A stretch of DNA of 64,000 nt from Mobula hypostoma (GCF_963921235.1 NC_086106.1:19344001-19408000); one strand, 5' to 3'. Positions 1 to 11,252 are shown, counted from the stretch's first letter. The notes: generated by a model not told the origin, from the letters alone. Numbers and translations: made by a program.

Positions 1-195
1 GAGGTGGTAAATGCGGGTTCTTTTTTAACATTTCAGAATAAATTGGACAGATACATGGATGGGAGGTGTATGGAGGGATATGGTCCGTGAGCAGGTCAGT
101 GGGACTAGGCAGAAAATGGTTCTGCACAGCCAAGAAGGGCCAAAAGGCCTGTTTCTGTGCTGTAGTTCTTCTATGGTTTCTATGGTTTCTATGTT
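1..195 (+). mobile_element. CR1 LINE 3' end with (TTCTATGG)n tail
   Basis: Same sequence as the 3' end of the CR1 at 7640-9297; tail ttctatggtttctatggtttctatg. Confidence 0.9.
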
Positions 196-2060
196 GGAAA
201 TCAAACCACAGATCCAAATCTGTTGCAGATTATTATGAACTGAGTTTAAATTTGTCGGTTTTGTTGTGGTGGTATCCGTGGACTGCTCATCCATCCCTCT
301 GCACTACTCATCTGCTTTGATGTACTGCCCTGTTTCCCATCACTCCGAATCCAACCTTGTGCCTGTCCATTGGATCACTGTGTCCACGGTGTCCTGGACA
401 ATATTTCTCCTTCAATAACATCACCAGAACAGACTGCCTGATGGTTCTCACCTTGCAGTTTGTGGATTCTGCTGTGTGCAGAGTGGCTCCACATTCCCGA
501 CTCTACAACAGGGCTGAACTTTGAAACTACTTCATTGCCTGTGAAGAGCTCGGGGGGACCATGAAAGGTGCTCAGTAAATGTCAGCACTTTATCGCACAA
601 CCACTTTTACTGAATCACCAGCAACACTGGTTAATGTAGGAAAGCACTTGTTAAACAAACCCAGTCGGGGGGTGGAGGAGGGCAAGGAATTAGAGCAGTT
701 GCTCTGTCTGTGAACTGAGAATAAGCAGTTCATTTGAACAGTAAAGTTCAACTCGTGTCCCGTGAGTGTGTGATGGGACAGGTTGGGGGAAGCTTCACTC
801 TGTGTCTAACCTCTGCTGCCCCTGTCCTGGGAAGGATGGGACAGTGCAGAACGATCTTTGTATCTAATCCGTGGCTGCCAGAACAGGACATGGGAGTTGT
901 AATCTACATTTAACTCATGCTCTGTGTACTCTGGGGTGCTTGTTGGAATCCCTTTGAGGAAGAATTTCCCAGATTTACAAGATAAATACTGATTCCATTG
1001 AATGACAGAGCAGAGAGTGAGGCCATTCCTCTGATAGTGTCTGTGCTTCCCTTTAGCTGAGCAAACCCAACAAACCCATTGGTCTCTCTGCTCTTCCCTG
1101 TATCCCCACAAAAGGCGGATCTCCTCTTGTTCCCTCTCTACACTCACTATTGGCCACCACCATCATTCAGGCAGTGTGTTCCAGATCACAAACGTTCATC
1201 AACAAACCTTCCCTTAAATGCTCCCCTATTACACATGAATGACTTAAACGCTTCCCTCCCCACCCCACCTGCACCACTCCCCACTCCCCCACCCACCAAT
1301 GCAAGGCTGCCCGGAATGTGTGAAGGAATTGTGATTTCAATTCCCTGCCTTACCTTTCCTGCACCACTTCCCCACTGCCTTCCCAACTCCAAAATTCTTC
1401 CCCACCGTACCCCACCTCCTCACCTATCAGGGAATAAAACTAAAACCTTAATCCCATCAATTAATCCGATACTTTTGCTGTATCCCGGGACGGACCTCAC
1501 GCCTGACATTACATGATGGGACTGACACCCACCTGTACCCTGGGGATACTGAGCCATCAACCAGATCATACATGTGTACACCATTCCCTCAGATTATGTC
1601 TGAATCCCATTACCTTCAACATGAAAGCAGCCGACAGTAAAACCCGATCCCAATAACTTGACACTGAACAGATCCATTGTTGTCACCGACAGGGAACAAG
1701 TTCAACTGCACTGAAACGCTCAGCCCCTGAACGTGGCTTCAGTCGGTGCTGAGGATCAGAAACCAGACTCGAACCAAACACTGAGCTCACTCAGCACAAT
1801 CGGCCGGTGTCAAGGCACAGTCTGGTGACAAGATCCGACCCCATTCCCCTGAGCCTGTTCCCGGTCTGTGGACAGTTCACTGGTGGGTGGGGTATGTACC
1901 CTTGTACTGTTACTGGGCTCCAGAGAAACCCGCCGGTTCGGGGAGATTCATGTACTTGCGCTAAATATCTCACTGATTTCAGGCGAATCACCGAATTCGC
2001 CAAAACCGTAAATAAATAAAATACTAGAGCGTGAAGATACAATTGAGAAGTTGGTCTTAC

Positions 2061-2108
2061 CTGAAGTCACTGTCAGCGAGGTTCCTCCGCCCCAGTAGTC
2101 AAGATCGT
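2061..2108 (-). CDS. IGHJ: IgH joining segment, copy 1 (DLDYWGGGTSLTVTS)
   Basis: W-G-x-G motif; splice donor TCAG|GTAAGA at 2060; 5' RSS adjacent. Confidence 0.95.
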
Positions 2109-2147
2109 CACAGTGCTCCGTCTCCCCATTCACCCAGTGCAGTAACT
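2109..2147 (-). promoter_or_regulatory. J 23-RSS (CACAGTG - 23 nt - GCAGTAACT)
   Basis: Perfect heptamer 2109-2115, 23-nt spacer, degenerate nonamer 2139-2147. Confidence 0.85.
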
Positions 2148-2471
2148 TCACTTGCCCGTCACATCCAATAATCTCAGCAAAATGTCAAAAAGATCCCTGC
2201 CCGGACCGGGAGCAGCCGCTTCCTGGATTTCCACCCCAAACTCCGTCCTTGTCTCTTCCTGGCGTGTGAATAAAAGAGGCATTTTCACAGTGGATACCGG
2301 CTCCAGCCATCTCCCGGAATCAGAGTCGAATCCTTTTTGGGCTTTTAATTGTCCAGAAATTGACATTTGCGCCCAGCAGTCCGAGTGAGGCTTCAGGGAT
2401 TTGACTCTGGGAAGCAGCAATGCGGAATCCGTGGAGACAGACGGCGCTGCAGACGCTCCTTTGTCGGGACC

Positions 2472-2535
2472 AGTTTCTGTTCAGCTCCCCGTCACCGTGA
2501 TCCATATCACGGTGCTTCACCGCAGGCCACAAACC
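2472..2535 (-). other. IGHD: IgH D2 segment copy 1 (core 2500-2507, sense ATATGGAT) with 12-RSS on both sides
   Basis: Heptamers CACGGTG on both sides (2493-2499, 2508-2514); nonamers ACAGAAACT (2472-2480) and CCACAAACC (2527-2535), each exactly 12 nt away. Confidence 0.85.
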
Positions 2536-2870
2536 GTCTTCATCACATCCTGCCCGAAATCCAGTGGATCCCAGAGCCGGCCAGCGGATTTATTAAACCC
2601 TCCCTCTGTGTCCGGGTGTCCCACACAGCGGGTTTCAGTCTCGGCCATCCCAGTGCTGAAGTGGAGATGATATAACCCACCGGGACCTTTCACTGGGCTT
2701 CCACTGACATCTCCTCCTCGGTGGTCCCGTTCCTTTCCAGGCACATCTCCAGTGGAACTTGTACCTACTCCCGGTTTATCCGCTCGGGATCTGATTTATA
2801 TCCACGGGTCCCGGGGTGAAGGCCGGTGGAAGCGCCCGAAGAGCCCAATTTAAAGAGTTTTGTTGCGGTA

Positions 2871-2951
2871 GGTTTGTGTATGGAGGGAGCCGCCATCTCT
2901 CACACTGTGCCACCCAGTATAGTCACAGTGATACACCGCCGTACGATAACC
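2871..2951 (-). other. IGHD: IgH D1 segment copy 1 (core 2910-2923, sense ACTATACTGGGTGG), 5' 12-RSS and 3' 23-RSS
   Basis: Perfect heptamers 2903-2909 and 2924-2930; nonamer ACGATAACC 12 nt away (2943-2951) and ACACAAACC 23 nt away (2871-2879). Confidence 0.92.
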
Positions 2952-3321
2952 TCCGTCCCTCTCACTGTCTCCCAGCACAGTCACTCCTCAGTCAAACCGC
3001 ACCAGAACACCAAAGTGTCTCTGATCATTAATGTTCCTCACAGCCCGACCATTTACTGTCACGTGTAGACGAAGGACCGACTCCCGACCAGGTCGATCGT
3101 TGACCCCATTCCCACTCACGGCTCTTGGCTCCGAGCTGCTCTCTGAAGTGATCCGCTGAGCCCCTCGATCCATCCGGCCAATATCTCTTCTCGGGAATCC
3201 TCGCTGACAACCCGCCTTCCATTGCGTGGACGAGCGGATGTGGCCCGGAACGACCGGGATACAGCTGTGGCGATCACTGCTGTCCTTTCCCTCAGCGCCC
3301 GAAGGGCAGGCGCTCTGGCTG

Positions 3322-3360
3322 GGTTTTTGTCCCGGTCCAGTCCCGATCTCTCTCACTGTG
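3322..3360 (-). promoter_or_regulatory. V 23-RSS (CACAGTG - 23 nt - ACAAAAACC)
   Basis: Fully consensus heptamer 3354-3360 and nonamer 3322-3330. Confidence 0.97.
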
Positions 3361-3657
3361 TCTCTCGCACAGTAATAGGTGGCCGTGTCGTCCAGTCTCA
3401 GGTTGCGCATTTGCAGATAAACGGTGCTGCTGTCCTTGGAAACGGTGAACCGGCTCTGGACTCCAGGCGCGTAGTACTTGCTACCACCACTATATACGAT
3501 ACCAGCCACTCTAGCCCTTTCCCGGGGACCTGTTTCACCCAGCTCATGCCATAGCTGCTGAGGCTGAACCCACTGACCGCACAGGTCAGTCTGTGGGACT
3601 GCCCCGGCTTTACCACCGCTGACTCGGGCTGTGTCAGCACGATGTCGGACCGCACTC
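3361..3657 (-). pseudogene. IGHV: IgH variable exon copy 1 (IgW-type), 1-bp frameshift at 3502-3503
   Basis: [22 protein letters not shown]...WVKQ...YYCAR split across two frames; exon 297 nt vs 298 nt in copy 2; acceptor ttgacag at 3658. Isotype assignment is inference from leader/FR1 style. Confidence 0.85.
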
Positions 3658-3766
3658 CTGTCAATAAAAAAGAGCAGAAATTAATAAAATGTTCCACGGG
3701 CAGAGGTTCACAAAGCCTCCGAGAAACAGCCGGTCCCGGGAGGGCGACAAGCCGCGGGACACCCAC

Positions 3767-3812
3767 CTGCCAGACAAGACAGGAGGAGACAGAGATAAGG
3801 AACGACCCCCAT
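3767..3812 (-). CDS. IGHV: IgH leader exon copy 1 ([16 protein letters not shown])
   Basis: 46-nt hydrophobic signal-peptide exon, donor GCAG|GTGGGT, phase-1 109-nt intron to V exon (G-VRS|DIV). Confidence 0.92.
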
Positions 3813-3900
3813 CGCCCTGAACACTGAGCCGGACTTGGACACTTTTGAGATCGGCGACTGCAGCTCAGGCCGGCTTTGTCCGGAGCCGCAGTGAGCGCTG

Positions 3901-3908
3901 TTTAAATA
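3901..3908 (-). promoter_or_regulatory. TATA-like box (TATTTAAA) of V promoter copy 1
   Basis: ~90 nt upstream of leader ATG in a GC-rich context; conserved in copy 2. Confidence 0.65.
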
Positions 3909-4005
3909 GGGACGTGGGCTGTGAGTGAGAGAGGGAGCCGCGGTTTGAACAGGCTCTCACACACTGAAACCAGAGGCGCGGCTTCCTGTCCCCACCCACA
4001 GCAGC

Positions 4006-4205
4006 NNNNNNNNNNNNNNNNNNNNNNNNNNNNNNNNNNNNNNNNNNNNNNNNNNNNNNNNNNNNNNNNNNNNNNNNNNNNNNNNNNNNNNNNNNNNNNN
4101 NNNNNNNNNNNNNNNNNNNNNNNNNNNNNNNNNNNNNNNNNNNNNNNNNNNNNNNNNNNNNNNNNNNNNNNNNNNNNNNNNNNNNNNNNNNNNNNNNNNN
4201 NNNNN
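4006..4205. other. Assembly gap (200 N)
   Basis: Run of exactly 200 N, typical of a scaffolding placeholder of unknown true size. Confidence 0.98.
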
Positions 4206-5419
4206 CCAGCCCGGAGAGTCCAGTGAGGAAATGCAGGTTGTGGCAATTCCCAACCAGTTAACGTGCAAAATACACTTGAAAGCACCGGTTCTCAATTCAT
4301 TTCACTGGAAAAGGAGATGTGTTGACTTACCAAGGTAGGTAAAAGTGTCAGGATCAATCAATTAATTGACCAATTGACACTTTGACAGGTGGATACATTG
4401 AAGAGATATGGTTTGACCAGTTGTCAGAATTACCTTGAGCAGTGTTGTGAACGGGGTTTGTTCTGACCCACTGACGAGACATCATTTGCCTCATGATTGA
4501 CTCTGTCAGTGACAGATTGTTGCTGGTGGATGAGGTTAAAATCACCCAAAAAGACTGTATGGACACAGCAGAACATGCAGGAACTCTGGGAGTAGGAGAC
4601 TAGTGGGAGAGTATGTGTCAGACAGTGTGAATTGCAGTAGATGAGGGCTTTGTTATCCAACAGTAAGATGGTCAACAGACACACACAGGCTTCAGATCGA
4701 TTCTGCTATCGGAAGGGCAGCAAACTCAACATTTGGAGTGGAAGTGGAGTGGTCACAATTTCAATCCGAAGCAAAATAATGAAATATTCACTTCACATTC
4801 ATCACTCTGGGATGAACGGCATAAAGTATTGAATTCTGGGTTTCAAATAGAATAAATATAAATCAATAACCATAACAAGTAGATAGGAATCGATATAATG
4901 TAACTGGTCAGTAATGACAGCTGCATTGTTTCGAACCATTTCCAGGTGACACTGGGGACTGTGAACTCAGAACATTTACCTTCCTGAGTAAACACAGGTG
5001 ATTCAGGTTGACAGGACAGGCAGAGCAGAGAAATGGTCCCTTTCTCATTCCTTTCACACTGAGCCTGAAACAACCAGTGAAATGCTGATGTCAGACTCCC
5101 CATCGGGGACACAACTTCTGTGAAACAGCAGGACAAGCTGACCTGTGCTGTGGGTGAAGTGTCACAGGAGAGAAAACACAGGGCACGGTGCCAACTGGAC
5201 CATGTCCACACAGACTGGGCTGAGTGGTGCTGGTTCTAACCCGCTGGGACTCTCCCCTCACTGCTACACAGGGGAAGGTGGGACTTTGATGGGCTTCTGG
5301 GTGCTGGAGGGTGGTGGTGAGGTGTATCGGTGCCTCAGCATTAAATAGCCTCAAGCAGCTCCCTGCTGGGACTCTGGACTCTGGGTCCAGAACTCCCTGA
5401 TGCTTGGTGCCTGGAAGTA

Positions 5420-5672
5420 GGTACAGAGGAGATGCAAGGGGTAATTTTTTTACGCAGAGAATGGTGATTGCATGGAATGGGCTGCTGGTGATGGTGGTGG
5501 AGGCAGATACAATAGGGTCTTTTAAGAGACTCCTGGATAGGTACATGGAGCTTAGAAAAATAGAGGGCTATGGCTAACCCTAGGTAATTTCTAAAGTAAG
5601 TACATGTTTGGTACAGTGTTGTTGGCTGAAGGGCTCGTATTGTGCTGTATGTTTTCCATGTTTCTATGCTTG
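5420..5672 (+). mobile_element. CR1 LINE 3' fragment (approximate bounds)
   Basis: Resembles the 3' ends of other CR1 copies in the window; tail tgttttccatgtttctatg. Confidence 0.75.
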
Positions 5673-6641
5673 GTAATTGTGGGGACGGGATTGTCTTGTG
5701 TGAATGCTGTCATGTAATTTAACAGGTTTGAAATGTCTGGGAAACATTAGAGTTGATGTAAATTCCTGTGGCAGCAATTAATTTAACATATTTTGCTTAA
5801 AATCATAAATCTGAAATGCATTAAAATATAATAATCAGCCAGAAATTATTCCTGATTAAATCCCTTCCCAAGGCTCAGAATCCCCAGTCAGATGAATGGG
5901 AAATGTGATCCTTTGTCAGGTCTGGCCTGTTAGGGAAATGTGGAGGTGGATTTCCCAGTGTTACCCTGTGAATTCGAGTAGGACCCGGTGTCATGTGATA
6001 GAGTGTGGTAACAGCTCTGGAGGCATCTGTCACTCAGTAAATCCTGGGGTACAGTGGTCTGTGGAACTCTGTGACTGACTCCAGTGTACGTGGCTGAACA
6101 CTGGTGATTCCCTTTGGAATTGCCAGTTACAGCCAGCACCATTTCACCCACACTATCCTCAGCCTCCCAGGTACACAGCAGCTCAGGAACGGGCTGGTCA
6201 GCTGAAGTCTGAGGACCCTCACTGCTCTTTATTGACATTAACCCCTGAAAACAACGGAATTGCTGCACCAAGGACCTGGGACCATTTGGACGACCTACAA
6301 CCAAATAGTGTCTGTCTATTCATCTACTGCACAATCAGGATTCAGATGAGGAGTTCCCAGTGGTGGGGAGCTTTAGGAATTGTAGGCTAAAAGTAACCAT
6401 TCCCTTCCAACATCACCCAGACTAGATTGTCATGTTGTAGTTCAGTTTGTGGGAACAAGATGCAGACAAGTTGGATGTTTATTTCCCTATATGAAGTGGG
6501 ACACTGCAGAAGTACTTGCTGGGTTCAGAAAAGCTCTGGAATGTGCTAGGGTAACAGAAGTCTATGAAAAACACTTGTTTTCATCAAAATAAATTCAGTA
6601 AAATAAAACTGGAAACAGCGTAGTTGCCAGAAATCAGACTG

Positions 6642-6684
6642 ACAGAGTCTGGTGAAAGGTCACTGATGTGAAACATTAACTCTG
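6642..6684 (+). ncRNA. Degenerate Penelope-type hammerhead ribozyme motif
   Basis: acagagt-CTGGTGA-aaggtcactgatgt-GAAACATT-aactctgt: complementary stem I arms around a mutated CUGANGA/GAAA core. Confidence 0.4.
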
Positions 6685-6917
6685 TTCCTCACCCACAGAT
6701 GTTCCCTGAGCTGTTCGGTGTTGGCAGTGCAGGAGGCACAATAATGTCAGTCGGTGAGATGTGCATCTGAGGAACTTTTACGTCCTGGAACCGATCTTTT
6801 CCACAGATACTGCCCGACCTGCTGAGTTCCTCCAGCGTGTTGTGAGGTGGTAAGTACAGTTCTGTCTGGATTAGTGTTCCTCTGAGTCTTCATAAAAACA
6901 CCCATCAAACTGACAGC

Positions 6918-7240
6918 AGGGTGCTGGGGTGAAGAGAGGAACTGGATCTGGGTGTGTCACAGGGTGCTGGGGTGAAGAGAGGAACTGGATCTGGGTGTGT
7001 CACAGGGTGCTGGGGTGAAGAGGGGAACTGGATCTGGGTGGGTCACAGGGTGCTGGGGTGAAGAGGGGAACTGGATCTGGGTGGGTCACAGGGTGCTGGA
7101 GTGAAGAGGGGATCTGGATGTGTCACAGGGTGCTGGGGTGAAGAGGGGAACTGGAGCTGGGGGTGTCGCAGGGTGCTGGGGTGAAGAGGGGATCTGGATG
7201 TGTCACAGGGTGCTGGGGTGAAGAGGGGAACTGGATCTGG
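6918..7240 (+). repeat. G-rich minisatellite, 8 units of 43 or 37 bp
   Basis: Units start at 6918, 6961, 7004, 7047, 7090, 7127, 7170, 7207; consensus AGGGTGCTGGGGTGAAGAGGGGAACTGGATCTGGGTGTGTCAC. Confidence 0.95.
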
Positions 7241-7639
7241 CAGGATCAGCTCAGAAGAAATTTGCAATGAAATGACACTTGGGTATTTGTAAAAAATGAT
7301 TGATATTGAGTCAGTAGATCAGGGGAGATGGTCTGATCTTAGTCTGTATTGTAGTGAGTGGATCCAACATTGGGCAGTATGAACAACAGATGGGCAATTT
7401 TATTTATTCATCTTTTGGGATCTGGGCTTTGCCGGTAAAGACTGAATGAATTACACATCTGAGCTGCCATTCAGAGGGCATTTGGAGACAATAGCATTGA
7501 TGGGTCAGGAGTAATAAATAGCCTCGAAGGGTAAGGATGAGAGATCTCCTTCCCTGAGGGATATCAGTAAAACTGAAGGGTCATCATTACTAATGACTAG
7601 ATTTAAAAACAATGCCAATTATTAAGATGCTAATTATTA

Positions 7640-9297
7640 AGGGAAACAAGTAGTGAGATCATGGAAACTGTACAGATTGAAAAGGAGGAGGTGCTTGCTG
7701 TATTGAGGAAAATTAAAGTGGATAAATCCCCGGGATCTGACAGGGTGTTCCCTCGGACCTTGAAGGAGACTAGTGTTGAAATTGCGGGGGCCCTGGCAGA
7801 AATACTTAAAATGTCGCTGTCTACAGGTGAGGTGCCGGAAGATTGGAGATTGTTGTTCATTTGTTTAAAAAAGGATCGAAAAGTAATCCAGGAAATTATA
7901 GGCCGGTAAATTTAACGTTGGTAGTAGGTAAGTTATTGGAGGGAGTTCTAAGAGACAGAGTCTACAAGCATTTGGATAGACAGGGACTTATTAGGGAGAG
8001 TCAACATGGCTTTGTGCATGGTAGGTCATGTTTGACCAATCTATTGGAGTTTTTCGAGGAGGTTACCAGGAAAGTGGATGAAGGGAAGGCAGTGGATATT
8101 GTCTACATGGACTTCAGTAAGGCCTTTGACAAGGTCCCGCATGGGAGGTTAGAAAGGAAAATTCAGTCGCTAGGTATACATGGAGAGGTGGTAAATTGGA
8201 TTAGACATTGGCTCAATGGAAGAAGCCAAAGAGTGGTAGTAGAGAATTGCTTCTCCGAGTGGAGGCCTGTGACTAGTGGTGTGCCACAGGGATCAGTGCT
8301 GGGTCCATTTTTATTTGTCATCTATATCAATGATCTGGATGATAATGTGGTAAATTGGATCAGCAAATTTGCTGATGATACAAAGATTGGAGGTGTAGTA
8401 GACAGTGAGGAAGGTTTTCAGAGCCTGCAGAGGGACTTGGACCAGCTGGGAAAATCAGCTGAAAAATGGCAGATGGAGTTTAATACAGACAATTGTGAGG
8501 TATTGCAGGTTGGAAGGACAAACCAAGGTAGAATATACAGGGTTAATGGTAAGGCACTGAGGAGTGCAGTAGAACAGAGGGATTTGGGAATACAGATACA
8601 AAATTCCCTAAAAGTGGCGTCACAGGCAGATAGGGTCATAAAGAGAGCTTTTGGTACATTGGCCTTTATTAATCAAAGTATTGAGTATAAGAGCTGGAAT
8701 GTTATGATGAGGTTGTATAAGGCATTGGTGAGGCTGAATCTGGAGTATTGTGTTCAGTTTTGGTCACCAAATTACAAGAAGGATATTAATAAGGTTGAAA
8801 GAGTGCAGAGAAGGTTTACAAGGATGTTGCCGGGACTTGAGAAACTCAGTTACAGAGAAAGGTTGAATAGGTTAGGACTTTATTCCCTGGAGCATAGAAG
8901 AATGAGGGGAGATTTGATAGAGGTATATAAAATTATGATGGGTATAGATAGAGTGAATGCAAGCAGGCTTTTTCCACTGTGGCAAGGGGAGAAAAAAACC
9001 AGAGGACATGGGTTAAGGGTGAGGGGAGAAAAGTTTAAAGGGAACATTAGTGGGGGCTTCTTCACATAGAGAGTGGTGGGAGTATGGAATGAACTGCCAG
9101 ACGAGGTGGTAAATGCGGGTTCTTTTTTAACATTTCAGAATAAATTGGACAGATACATGGATGGGAGGTGTATGGAGGGATATGGTCCGTGAGCAGGTCA
9201 GTGGGACTAGGCAGAAAATGGTTCTGCACAGCCAAGAAGGGCCAAAAGGCCTGTTTCTGTGCTGTAGTTCTTCTATGGTTTCTATGGTTTCTATGTT
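7640..9297 (+). mobile_element. 5'-truncated CR1 LINE with 408-aa open RT stretch (7843-9069)
   Basis: [36 protein letters not shown] motifs; (TTCTATGG)n tail. Confidence 0.95.
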
Positions 9298-11165
9298 GGA
9301 AATCAAACCACAGATCCAAATCTGTTGCAGATTATTATGAACTGAGTTTAAATTTGTCGGTTTTGTTGTGGTGGTATCCGTGGACTGCTCATCCATCCCT
9401 CTGCACTACTCATCTGCTTTGATGTACTGCCCTGTTTCCCATCACTCCGAATCCAACCTTGTGCCTGTCCATTGGATCACTGTGTCCACGGTGTCCTGGA
9501 CAATATTTCTCCTTCAATAACATCACCAGAACAGACTGCCTGATGGTTCTCACCTTGCAGTTTGTGGATTCTGCTGTGTGCAGAGTGGCTCCACATTCCC
9601 GACTCTACAACAGGGCTGAACTTTGAAACTACTTCATTGCCTGTGAAGAGCTCGGGGACACCATGAAAGCTGCTCAGTAAATGTCAGCACTTTATCTCAC
9701 AACCACTTTTACTGAATCACCAGCAACACTGGTTAATGTAGGAAAAAACTTGTTAAACAAACCCAGTCGGGGGGTGAAGGAGGGCAAGAAATTAGAGCAG
9801 TTGCTCTGTCTGTGAACTGAGAATAAGCAGTTCATTTGAACAGTAAAATTCAACTCGTGTCCCGTGAGTGTGTGATGGGACAGGTTGGGGGAAGCTTCAC
9901 TCTGTGTCTAACCTCTGCTGCCCCTGTCCTGGGAGGGATGGGACACTGCAGAAGGATCTTTGTATCTAATCCGTGGCTGCCAGAACAGGACATGGGAGTT
10001 GTAATCTACATTTAACTCATGCTCTGTGTACTCTGGGGTGCTTGTTGGAATCCCTTTGAGGAAGAATTTCCCAGATTTACAAGATAAATACTGATTCTAT
10101 TGAATGACAAAGCAGAGAGTGAGACCATTCATCCGATAGTGTCCGTGCTTCCCTTTAGCTGAACAAACCCAATACACCCATTGGTCTCTCTGCTCTTCCC
10201 TGTATCCCTACAAAAGGCGGATCTCCTCCTGTTCCCTCTCTACACTGACTATTGGCCACCACCATCATTCAGGCAGTGTGTTCCAGATTACAAACGTTCA
10301 TCAACAAACCTTCCCTTAAATGCTCCTCTATTACACATTATTGAATTGAACGCTTCCCTCCCGACCCCACCTGCACCACTCCCCACTCCCCCCCGCCCCA
10401 CCAATACAAGGCTGCCCGGAATGTGTGAAGGAATTGTGATTTCAATTCCCTGTCTTACCTTTCCTGTACCACTTCCCCACTGCCTTCCCAACTCCAAAAT
10501 TCTTCCCCACCGTACCCCAGCTCCTCACCCATCAGGGAATAAAACTAAAACCTTAATCCCATCAATTAATCCGATACTTTTGCTGTATCCCGGGACGGAC
10601 CTCACGCCGGACATTACATGATGGGACTGACACCCACCTGTACCCTGGGGATACTGAGCCATCAACCAGATCATACATGTGTACACCATTCCCTCAGATT
10701 ATGTCTTAATCCCATTACCTTCAACATGAAAGCAGCCGACAGTAAAACCCGATCCCAATAACTTGACACTGAACAGATCCATTGTTGTCACTGACAGGGA
10801 ACAAGTTCAACTGCACTGAAACGCTCAGCCCCTGAACGTGGCTTCAGTTGGTGCTGAGGATCAGAAGCCAGACTTGAACCAAACACTGAGCTCACTCAGC
10901 ACAATCGGCCGGTGTCAAGGCACAGTCTGGTGACAAGATCCGACCCCATTCCCCTGAGCCTGTTCCCGGTCTGTGGACAGTTCACTGGTGGGTGGGGTAT
11001 GTACCCTTGTACTGTTACTGGGCTCCAGAGAAACCCGCCGGTTCGGGGAGATTCATGTACTTGCTCTAAATATCTCACTGATTTCAGGCGAATCACCGAA
11101 TTCGCCAAAACCGTAAATAAATAAAATACTAGTGCGTGAAGATACAATTGAGAAGTTGGTCTTAC

Positions 11166-11213
11166 CTGAAGTCACTGTCAGCGAGGTTCCTCCGCCCCAG
11201 TAGTCAAGATAGT
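11166..11213 (-). CDS. IGHJ: IgH joining segment copy 2 (YLDYWGGGTSLTVTS)
   Basis: WGGG motif, donor GTAAGA, RSS adjacent. Confidence 0.95.
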
Positions 11214-11252
11214 CACAGTGCTCCGTCTCCCCATTCACCCAGTGCAGTAACT
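11214..11252 (-). promoter_or_regulatory. J 23-RSS copy 2
   Basis: CACAGTG 11214-11220, 23 nt, GCAGTAACT 11244-11252. Confidence 0.85.

Larger units (their letters stand above)
1..4005. repeat. Segmental duplication copy 1 (paralog of 9103-13123) containing an IgH L-V-D-D-J unit
   Basis: Sequence from base 1 (gaggtggtaaatgcggg...) recurs from 9103 and stays colinear to ...cccacccacagcagc (4005 / ~13123); ORF track shows paired near-identical translations. Confidence 0.97.

Noticed and set aside
806-1147. Minus-strand ORF as an Ig constant exon
   Set aside because: Lacks the C1-set Cys-Trp-Cys spacing and the frame is not kept open in copy 2
2286-2292. Lone perfect CACAGTG between D2 and J (also 11391-11397) as a third D
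   Set aside because: No nonamer at 12/23 nt in either copy and no opposing heptamer
2963-2982. D-like CACTGTC-TCCCAG-CACAGTC between V and D1 (also ~12080-12099)
   Set aside because: One heptamer lacks the essential CAC (reads GACAGTG) and no acceptable nonamer lies at 12 or 23 nt
3902-4295. ORFs crossing the N run
   Set aside because: Artefacts of translating the assembly gap
5930-6304. 124-aa minus-strand ORF as a constant/transmembrane exon
   Set aside because: No Ig-fold or TM pattern, no convincing splice sites
6918-7240. CRISPR array
   Set aside because: Eukaryotic context, contiguous units without unique spacers
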